A stretch of DNA of 56,468 nt, from positions 1 through 56,468 of the forward strand of contig JABLTG010000133.1 of NCBI GenBank assembly GCA_016618085.1, written 5' to 3'. The notes beneath the pieces were generated by a model. That model did not search any database. It had not been told where the DNA came from and saw nothing but the letters and a program-made list of their open reading frames with translations. Made by a program: the position numbers and the translations under genes. The DNA comes from Neovahlkampfia damariscottae (taxonomy: Eukaryota). The number at the start of each line of letters is the position of its first letter. Position 1 is the stretch's first letter. Positions 10,702-20,777 of the stretch are shown one piece after another.

Positions 10702-12522
10702 TTAAAAATTTAAAAATTTATGTTCCTTTTGTAATTTTTCTACTTTTTGTTTCATTTCATTTTCCGAAATCATCTTTACAAAATTCAACGAATCATAAAA
10801 TGGATGGTTTGTGATGAAAATATCAAAATTGCATAACATTTGACCAAAAGCTTCACATATAGGTTTTGAAAGGTTAAAATTTTCAACCATCCATTTTGTA
10901 GCTTCGCTTGCAATGAAACAATCACTATATTTTTTGAATTTATGAGTTCTGTTTTTAATCTCTAATCCTTTGGAAAATAAATCATGAAATTGAACAATAG
11001 TATCTACAGATGAATATTTTAACATTTTTAATTCATGAAATTTCATGATAGTTTCAATGAAAATGGCTGATTCAAATGAGAGATATGATTTCAATCCATC
11101 AACTGAAATCAAGTACGAAGTCGATTCATTGAATTTGTAGTCTTTTTTTTCAAACCCAACTAAAAATCCAATTTCTATTAACATTTCTAACACCTGTGTG
11201 ATTTGTTTTTCATCTGTGATCATTTCAAAATCAGCAGTTGAAAAAAATCGAAACAAATCTGATCCAGGTATTGAAGTGGGCATTGAATTATCTACAAATG
11301 AATTTATTGTTCCATCTGATGCTTTAGTAGTAAATTTGAATGCACTTTTTGGAGAATTCAATGATGGATCACTATGTTGTTTTTGTTGATTGAAAAAACT
11401 TGTTGATCTCTTTTTTTTCTTTGTTATTGAAGATGCCAATGTATAAACAGATGATAATATATCTAATAATTCATTTGGTTTTAAATTAAATGGAAATTCA
11501 AGTTCTTTAGGATCTTGTTTCTTCAAAAAATTCAATTTTTCATTGACAGAAGAAAAAGTTAAAAGTTCCATTACTTTCAATTCAATAAGTGATTTAAATT
11601 CAGTTGGGTTTCTAAAATCATCAGGAACCCAAAAAATAATATTCCTATCTTTACATAAACCTTCAATTTCTTTTTGAAAATTAACAAGACTTTCTTCATA
11701 TTCTAACAAATCTGTGAACTTATTTTGAAGTTTAAACAAATCTGCTTTTGTAAAAATAACTTTTAAAAAAGTTAAAAAAAAAATCAATTTTCCAGTCTTA
11801 CATAAAATTGGTAAGTTTTCAAATTTTTGATAATCAAGTAATTTTTGAAACTCTTTTTTTGATTTTTCATAATTGACCAAAGAACAGAAATAAATAATCA
11901 TATTATGTCCTGAAAATATTTCTTTTTGATCATAAAATGAACCAAAAGTATCATCAACTGTCCATTCAACATTTGGTGTTGAAAATTGACAAGAAGTTGA
12001 CTTTGATGAAGGCAAAGAATAAGTTAAATACTCCGTTTCTGTTAAATTTACAAAACCTGAAAATGATTGACCTGTATCATAATTCTTAAAATGACGAAGG
12101 AGTCTTGTAAAAAAATTAATTTTTTTTTTTTTTTCAAACAATTTTGCAACTGAGTCTTCGGAGTTTTCTAACAAATTTTGAAAAGTTTTATGTTCAACCA
12201 CTGATAATAATTCATCGTACATTTGAGCAACATTTTCACTTTCATTGCTCATTTTACTGAATTTTAATAAGCTCTTTTGGTCTAGGTCATTTGGTGGATT
12301 TTCCATTGTTAAAATTTCGTTTGATATGATTTTTATAACTGCTATTCCTCTTTGTAATACATATGAAGAACAACCTGCCCAGAGTTCATTTAAATCATCT
12401 TCTGTTGGTTTATTTGTGTAAGTTGTTTCTACAAGTCTTGAAAACGTTGTTTTTCCATTATTTGTGTGTCCTAACAGCAGAACTTTGATATTTTTACAAG
12501 GAGAGGATGCTGTTTGACCCAT
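10702..12522 (-). CDS. Divergent G-alpha-like GTPase fused to C-terminal DEP domain(s)
   Basis: MGQTAS myristoylation-like start; KVLLLGHTNNGKTT (G1), DTFG (G3), TKAD (G4). C-terminal IKNRTHKFKKYSDCFIASEATKWM is a DEP signature. Probable in-frame intron ~11761-11800. Confidence 0.65.
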   Translation of the reverse strand: MGQTASSPCKNIKVLLLGHTNNGKTTFSRLVETTYTNKPTEDDLNELWAGCSSYVLQRGIAVIKIISNEILTMENPPNDLDQKSLLKFSKMSNESENVAQMYDELLSVVEHKTFQNLLENSEDSVAKLFEKKKKINFFTRLLRHFKNYDTGQSFSGFVNLTETEYLTYSLPSSKSTSCQFSTPNVEWTVDDTFGSFYDQKEIFSGHNMIIYFCSLVNYEKSKKEFQKLLDYQKFENLPILCKTGKLIFFLTFLKVIFTKADLFKLQNKFTDLLEYEESLVNFQKEIEGLCKDRNIIFWVPDDFRNPTEFKSLIELKVMELLTFSSVNEKLNFLKKQDPKELEFPFNLKPNELLDILSSVYTLASSITKKKKRSTSFFNQQKQHSDPSLNSPKSAFKFTTKASDGTINSFVDNSMPTSIPGSDLFRFFSTADFEMITDEKQITQVLEMLIEIGFLVGFEKKDYKFNESTSYLISVDGLKSYLSFESAIFIETIMKFHELKMLKYSSVDTIVQFHDLFSKGLEIKNRTHKFKKYSDCFIASEATKWMVENFNLSKPICEAFGQMLCNFDIFITNHPFYDSLNFVKMISENEMKQKVEKLQKEHKFLNF

Positions 12523-13058
12523 CTTCCAAAACCGTTTTTTTGTTCTGACTAAACCTAACAACCAATGAAAAGACTCCGGTATTCTAACATTCTGTTCTAA
12601 AAATTACTTCACAATATTCAGAAAATTGTCACAATAAATGAACCATTTATCATCAAATTGTTAATGAAGAAATTACAAATTTAGTTTTTTGAGTAGAGCA
12701 CCCAAAAGAGTCAAAAATCAACCCACCAGAGGTATATTCTTATCTTAAATAGTGGAATAAAGTTTGAGGTCCTGATTCATCCAGATTAATGATAAAAGGA
12801 GCATTAAGAAATCCATTGTAATTATCTGGTTTCTCAGTCCATTCATCGGAGTTGAAAAGTCCAACAGTGGAAACTTGAGCTTTGCAAACAGAATATACTT
12901 TTCTCTTATTTAAGATATTCTGTTTTTGGATTTTCTTTTTCTATTTTAGGAAGGTGAAAATTCCTGAAAAAAATCGGTTGTGTTTTTTTTTCCAAATTCG
13001 ATTTCTTAATTTAGATAAATCAGCCCCGTCCAGTGAAATCGAAGCATCAACAAATCGA

Positions 13059-14258
13059 ATGACCACAACAACACTTGAAGAGAGAAAAGCAAAAAGCTAC
13101 GTGGAAAGACACTCCGAAACATCAGCAGAACTCATAACAAAAATTTTGAAATCAACAACTACAAATATTGGAGAAACAACAGTCTTTGAATTCAGTCAAG
13201 GACACAAAGTCATCGGTATTTTTATCAAATGGTTTGGATGTCCTGTTTGTCAAGAAGTCATAGAGACAGTCGGAAAGATGTTTCCAACTTTCCTCAAACT
13301 TAACACAGTTCCAATCATTTTTCACCAAGAAGACCCAGAAGACGCTAAAAAGTTCTTTGAAAAGAGTAAAGATCTCAATGTTCAATATTTGCCATACTGT
13401 AAAACGACCACAACACTACAACAAGAAATTGGAATTGGTTCAGCTTCATTAGGAGCTCATTGTGAAGCTGTAGTCAAAGCAAACATGATTGGATTGGTAG
13501 TTGGAAAAAAAAGAAGAAGTTTGACAATTCCAAAGAAAGTATCGAACCCATTCAGTCAATTTGGTGTTATTTCAATCGAAGAAGGACTTATCAAAAAAAA
13601 AGTTGTCTACTCAACATTACACAAAAGAATGGATTTTGGTCTCTTTTTGAATGATGTAGGATCAAATAGAACATCATTAAAGGATATAAAAGGTTTAACG
13701 GCTGTTTTTCCAAAAGTTACAGATTCATTTGATGACGATGAATCATCCGCTTCACTTTCAATGAAATCATCAACAATTTCAAAAAGAGAGTCAAAATTTG
13801 AATTCAGAAAAGAAGATGAAGGAGAAATCGAGAAAACATTAGCTGATGAAGTTGGAAGATATTACTTGAAAGCACATGCTACAAATGAATATTCCGTTGA
13901 AAATATTTTGATATACGAAGAAATATCACATTTCAAAGGAATGCCATTGAAGAAGAATTTCAAAATTGAAGACCAAATCGAAAAAGCTAAAGACATATAC
14001 AAAAATTTTTTAACAAAAGATGCAATGTTTGAATTGAATATCACAACAAATTTACAAGAAGACTATAAACAAAGAATTGATAAGATTGAAAAACAACATA
14101 AAGAAAAACAAGATTTATCCAAATTATTCGATGATTTGATGAAAGAAGTCAGGACTGGAGTAATTGCTGATACATTCATTCGTTTCAAAAAATCAAGATA
14201 TTATGAGGAGTATCAGAAGAATAAACATGGAGAACAATCAATCACATATTTAATTTAA
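13059..14258 (+). CDS. Thioredoxin-like (AhpC/TSA-2, CxxC) domain plus RGS domain protein
   Basis: FIKWFGCPVCQE (peroxiredoxin-like 2 motif); C-terminal EYSVENILIY...IYKNFL...ELNI...DTFIRFKKS fits RGS. Confidence 0.8.
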   Translation: MTTTTLEERKAKSYVERHSETSAELITKILKSTTTNIGETTVFEFSQGHKVIGIFIKWFGCPVCQEVIETVGKMFPTFLKLNTVPIIFHQEDPEDAKKFFEKSKDLNVQYLPYCKTTTTLQQEIGIGSASLGAHCEAVVKANMIGLVVGKKRRSLTIPKKVSNPFSQFGVISIEEGLIKKKVVYSTLHKRMDFGLFLNDVGSNRTSLKDIKGLTAVFPKVTDSFDDDESSASLSMKSSTISKRESKFEFRKEDEGEIEKTLADEVGRYYLKAHATNEYSVENILIYEEISHFKGMPLKKNFKIEDQIEKAKDIYKNFLTKDAMFELNITTNLQEDYKQRIDKIEKQHKEKQDLSKLFDDLMKEVRTGVIADTFIRFKKSRYYEEYQKNKHGEQSITYLI

Positions 14259-14313
14259 TAATAAAATCATTCTGTAAACTTATTCATCCAATCACATTCT
14301 TTTCAAATTTAAA

Positions 14314-15087
14314 ATGGAGGAAGAAGAAATTGTTACCATGGATGAAGTTTTACAAAATTTATTCATCTCAGATATAAAAGGAGCAACTGATAAATCATTG
14401 AAAGAGAAAAATAAAATCACTCATATCTTATCATGTTGTGATGTAGAGACGTTTGAAAATGTTAAACAATTAAGAATTCCTGTTGTTGATATGGAAATGG
14501 AAAACTTTACAAAACATTTTGAAACTTGTTCAAATTTTATTAAAGAAGGTCTTGAAAGTGGTGGTAGTGTTTTAGTTCATTGTAACGCAGGTCAATCAAG
14601 ATGTTCAACAGCAATTTGTGCTTATTTAATAATTGAAAAAAAAAAAAAAGTTGAAGAAAGTTTAATTTTAATTAAATCAGCAAGACCTATGATTCAACCA
14701 AATCGAGGTTTCATGAAACAACTGATTGAATTATCAGGTGAAAAAACGATCAACTCAAAAGAAAAAATTGGATATTGTAAAAAATGTAGAACTCAATTAT
14801 TCACAGAATCAGATTTAGTTCTTCATGAATCTGGAAAAAATAGAAAAAATTTTTCACATAAAAAAATGAAAAAAGATTTAGTTCAAAAAAATTTTGCTGA
14901 AACTTGTAATAAGCTTTTTTTTGACAGGATGAAATGGATGCCTGAAATGACAGAACAAACAGGTTTAATTACATGCACAAAATGTTCAAATAAAATTGGA
15001 GGTTGGTGTTGGTCTGGTGAACAATGTTCATGTGGTGTTTGGATTTGTCCATCTATTCATTTACTAAAGAAAAACATTGATTTATAA
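14314..15087 (+). CDS. DUSP12: Dual-specificity phosphatase DUSP12/YVH1
   Basis: VHCNAGQSR catalytic loop; C-terminal Zn domain CKKCR...CTKC..KIG.W.WSGEQCSCG.W. Confidence 0.92.
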   Translation: MEEEEIVTMDEVLQNLFISDIKGATDKSLKEKNKITHILSCCDVETFENVKQLRIPVVDMEMENFTKHFETCSNFIKEGLESGGSVLVHCNAGQSRCSTAICAYLIIEKKKKVEESLILIKSARPMIQPNRGFMKQLIELSGEKTINSKEKIGYCKKCRTQLFTESDLVLHESGKNRKNFSHKKMKKDLVQKNFAETCNKLFFDRMKWMPEMTEQTGLITCTKCSNKIGGWCWSGEQCSCGVWICPSIHLLKKNIDL

Positions 15088-15096
15088 AAGACAATT

Positions 15097-15953
<857 letters not shown>

Positions 15954-16299
15954 TTTTTCTTTTTGTTGTTTGTTTTTTTCAAGTGCAACAATTGGTTGGT
16001 TTATTTTTGGAATATTTTCCACCAATTATATTAATATTCACAACATAACAATAAAACCGAATTATTTAACTTAAAATTTAAATTAAAATCTACTTATCGA
16101 AATTACAGTGTTATCAAATGGAACTGTACCATCAAAGACAACAATGAAAATAAAGAAAGGTTTGCAAGATATTTTCATTCCTTTATTTAATGTTTCTATA
16201 TAAATATAATTTTATTCAGTCATAAAAATTCATGAAACTTATTCTTGTTGTTGTAGAAGAACAAGAATTATTCAATCAAATTTGTAAGTCAATGCATCA

Positions 16300-16980
16300 T
16301 GTCAATTAATCTAAGAGAATTTTGGTATAATTTTATCTAAATCCTTGAACACTCCATAATTTTCTTCTAGGGGATCCGAAAATTTCCTGAAATTAATCAA
16401 TTTTTTAATAAAATTACACTTGTATATCAAATTGTAAAACAAATTTAAGTTGTGTAATCCATATGGGTTAGTTTGGGCCAACTGTCGAATTTTATCAGAC
16501 AGCAAATTAACGTTGTAATTTAAACCAATGAATTCGGCCAATAAAATATTCGTTCTGTAGCAACGTCAGGTCACTCTTAAATTTCGTCACAAACCACCCA
16601 CTTACTTGACGATTGGTGTTGTATTTTGAAGAAAACGAATTTCAGCTCAGGAATTTCGAGAAAATGATTGAAGAATCCCCAAATAGAAATGAAGATATTC
16701 ACTACTTTCAAAAGGGTGTTTGTCATGAAAGACTGAATCAAACTACAAAAGCAATTGAATGTTTCAAAATGCAAGTTAGATGTAATTCTCAATTTTTAGT
16801 TTTTTGGAAACGAATCCAAATCATAGTCTAACCTTGAAAAAGATTGCTTTTTTATATGTCTATGAAAAATTATGAAAATGCGATTTATTATTTGGACTTA
16901 TTGATATCAAATTCTACACCAACATCAAACTTTAAGCAGAAAAATTTAAAATGTTTAAATAAATTGTCTCAGCAGTAAAT
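16300..16980. pseudogene. Degenerate gene fragments, including a TPR-like piece on the + strand (16613-16930)
   Basis: YFQKGVCHERLNQTTKAIECF is TPR-like but is interrupted by stops; a short unrelated ORF piece lies on the - strand. Confidence 0.3.
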
Positions 16981-17129
16981 ATCAAAACAACAGAAATTCC
17001 AATTATAGTAAGAAATTTGTTCTTATTGGATAAACAATGATTGGTCATTCCAATTCCTTATGGATTTCATTGGAGAATCATTATTGATCCGATCAAGTTG
17101 TTCGTCTAATCAAAAGAAAAAAAGATAAA

Positions 17130-18526
17130 ATGAAAGAAAATGTATATTTAGCTTCAAAATCTCGATGGCATGAAGAGAATAAAAGTAAATTATATTTTCG
17201 TTTAAACAAAATTCAGTAGACCCAAATGCGACCAAAAAAACAATAAAACACAATATCACTATTGATCTCAAAAACTACAAAACAACAGAATTACTTTTCA
17301 ACCGCAAGAAATTAAAAAAAATCAACAAGGAAATTTTTAAATTTGAAAATTTGAAAGTATTGGAATTGAAGCACAACCAAATCAGTTTCTTACCAGATAA
17401 ACTATTTGAATTAAGGGAATTAACAGATTTAGAATTTTTTGATAATCAAATTGAAGTTCTACCATCAAAAATAGGTGATCTTCAACAACTAGTTAAAATC
17501 AACTTCAACAGAAACAAAATACATTCATTACCTCCTGAACTATCATCATTACAAAATTTAAAAAAATTGAACTTTGGTTATAATCAAATTTCAATATTTC
17601 CTGAAGAAATTTGTGAATTAAAAAATTTAGAAAATATTTACCTTCCAGGAAATGAAATCATCGAAATTCCAAAAAGTATCAATAAATTACAAAATTTAGA
17701 GAGTTTAGATTTATGGGGAAATAAAATTATCGAGTTGCCAAACCAAATTTTTGAACTGGTGAATTTGAGAAATTTAGCTTTGAGTCATAATCAAATTCAA
17801 AGAATTTCAAGAGATATTATCAAATTGAAAAATTTATTCTCTTTATTTTTGTCTGAAAATCAACTCAAAGTTTTACCTAAAGAAATTTTTGAAATTAGAA
17901 ATTTGAATCGTTTGACAATCACTGGAAACAAGTTTTCATCTACATTCTTGAGAGCATTGAAAAAATCAAAACCTAAAGTGAATGGTATAATTCATAAAAT
18001 TGTTAATATTTCTTCAGATTCTGTTAAAATGGATGACCCTGAATCAACAGAAACAGATGATTCATTAGATATGTTATTTGAAACAGCAATCAAAGAATCA
18101 ATTCCAAAAGAGAAAAAAAAAGAATTTTCTTATGAATTTGAAATTTATGTAGATTATTGGACATCAAATTTATTTGAATCAAAAGAATTAGATCGATTTG
18201 CAATTGAAAATATGAAAAAATTTGGTGAATTTTCTGATCTCAATCCTTCAACATTGGAAGTTCTTTTGGAAGCATGCAAAGAATCAACACTTGACAATTA
18301 TGGAATGTTTCAGTTTATAACTGGATTGGATGAACGAATTTATTGTCATGATGAAAATGAACACAATGAAATGTTGAATTTGGATCAAGATATTGATGAT
18401 GATATTCAAGAGATTTTGGATGGTTTTCCATTTAGAGATTTTGATATTAAAGTTCATTTTACGATAATTGTAATTATGGCTGCTTTATTTTTTGGGTTTT
18501 ACTTTATTGTGTCACCTTTAAAATAA
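17130..18526 (+). CDS. Leucine-rich repeat protein with C-terminal TM anchor
   Basis: About nine 23-aa LxxLxLxxNxIxxLPxxI repeats; hydrophobic C-terminus; short intron near 17184-17217. Confidence 0.85.
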
Positions 18527-18739
18527 TTGTGTGAATGTTGTTTCATGGAATTTTGATGATTTGTTCCATGATTTGCTGTCGAATTGAGGCATTATGAAGT
18601 TTTTATGACTTGTTCATAATAAACATTTATTTGCTTCTTTGTCATGTTAATAATGTTAATTAATGTAATCTAAATTTAGAATGGTGCAACTTCCGAATTA
18701 TTGTTGATTTTTCCACCAGAAAATTAATTCCCTTTTTTT

Positions 18740-20408
18740 TTATAACCAAAAAGATTTATTTTCTATTGGATCTCCAAATGGACATTTATGTCCTTCAAAA
18801 TCAGTATTACTGGATTTCAAATCATCAATATAAGGTTTTGTTATTTCACCATCTTTTTCAAGTTGTTCAAGGGCATTCATTGATTTTTGTTTTCGTTGTT
18901 CGTCTCCAGATAAATCAGTTGTAACCATTCTAAATAATCTCTTTGCGTCTTTTGAAATTTTTAAATGTTTCAACCAAAATGCACGATCAAAACTCTTCAA
19001 TAATAAATATTCATCTGGATAAGAATCTTCAAAATAGACATCTTTATCATCCAACTCTTTGACAAATTTATCCAATTGGGAGTGAGTTTTGAATTCAATC
19101 GAAGTTTCAGTAATTCCAAATTTCTTTCTGAATTCTTTGTTCATCAAAAACATCAATTTTGATGATCCATTTTTCTTCATGTTTTGTAAGAATTCACCTA
19201 TAGCTCCATCATATTGTAAATTCATGTTTAAAGCATGTAAAATGGATTCAATAAATTCTTGACAATTTCCTTGACCTTTTGTAGATTTTCCAAAAGATGT
19301 ATATTGTACATTTGCATTCCAATATACAATAACATCTGAAATTTTATCTCTTACAGATTCTAAATTTTCCATTGTCTTTATATCTCCAATATCAATGGTC
19401 AAAAATGCAGATCTTGATAAACATTTTCTTGGAATACATAAACCAGAATCATTCCATTCAATTAACCAAGGACCAATCAATAACGCAGTATGAAACAATC
19501 CGATGTTTGTAATATTCAAATCAGACACAATTGGAGAAATGATTTTTCTCATTTCTTGTTGGAAGTTTGAACCTTTCATTTGATCTACAATTATGATTTT
19601 AATTTTCACTTCTGTATCCAATCTAGATAATTAGTTAAATATCATGATTACTCTGCTTTTGATTCATCCATTAAAGCTTGAACAAGTTCCAAATCTTCTT
19701 CATCCATATTCAAATCTAACGATTCATAAACTGATTTGTGAACTGAAATAGAATCTGTCCAAGTCATAGATAAATATTTTTCTTTCAATAATAAACTATT
19801 TGATAACGTTTTAGCCAAATAATTTTTTGTTGATGAAGAAGAATTCTGATGATGTAGTGAATTATTTAATTTTTCTAAAATCGCTGTAGGTTCTTCTCTA
19901 AAGGTTCCATAACTTAAAACTTCAAAGTTTTTTGGTGTTATTTCAAATTCTAACAGTCCACTTTCAACTTCTAACAGTTTTTCAGAGTACTTATAAGTGA
20001 CGTTATTTTTCAGTTTTTTAAGTGAAATAGAAAGTGATCCCATAAAGTCATCTTTGGAAATTAAATCATGATCCCAGCATTCTATAGTTAATGTGCCATG
20101 TCTTTTTAAGTGTTTTGGTGAAACTGGTAAAATAATTTTTTGATCCCAAATTGGATTTAAGTTTTTTTTAACAATTCTGCTTTTTTTCTTTGATTCTCCT
20201 GCTTTGAAAGTGATATATGGATCTGAGTACCCTGTGAAAAAAAATGAGTTTGAAAAAAAAAACCGTTTAAATCTCTTTTAGCAAGTTTTCTGCCAAGTTT
20301 AAGGAGTATCTCAACTGTTGGACCTACTTCATCGAGGACTGAATCTATAGTTTCCAAGTTTGATTGATCTATCAAGTTTACTCTCTCATGACTGTTCTTC
20401 TTCTCCAT
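18740..20408 (-). CDS. C2-domain protein with C-terminal permuted papain-like (PPPDE/DeSI-like) domain
   Basis: Spliced C2 motifs (LAKRDLN..DPYI, KTLNPIW, WDHDLISKDDFMG); C-terminal GLFHTALLIG...WNDSG...GNCQEF His-before-Cys arrangement. Confidence 0.7.
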
Positions 20409-20607
20409 TAACTGAACACAAAATGAAGTTTATCCAATCATAAACAAATTTCCAAATCGGTCAAATGAAGTCTGATTGACAATATTCTAGATATCATTCA
20501 TTCTTTATTCTTGTCATTCTTTTGATATTTTCAATATTCATCAAAACATTGGAAGTTTCGAAAATGTTTTTGATTTGTCAAAAACAAAACGGCTAATGAA
20601 TTGATGG

Positions 20608-20710
20608 TTATTGGAAATCCAAAAACTGCCAGCACTGCTGGCGACGGTCCTATCCCGAAAGAAACCTTGATTAATCAGAATGAACAGAAAAGTCAGTTTT
20701 AAGATAGCGG
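20608..20710 (+). ncRNA. Stand-alone copy of the Fanzor right end / putative omegaRNA scaffold (non-autonomous 'ghost' locus)
   Basis: 101/103 identical to the reverse complement of 56021-56123. Identity stops after ...AAGATAGCGG. No Fanzor ORF is adjacent. Confidence 0.8.
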
Positions 20711-20777
20711 ATAAATCTAACAGTCAAATTTTCCTTCTCCAATTTTGCAATGATAGTTTTAAGTTTAATGAGAAAAT

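Noticed and set aside
19945..19960. Partial match (TCTAACAGTC) between the stand-alone omegaRNA guide and the neighbouring C2 gene
   Set aside because: Only ~10 nt, does not cover the guide's 5' seed, has no adjacent CGG, and is expected by chance in AT-rich DNA.
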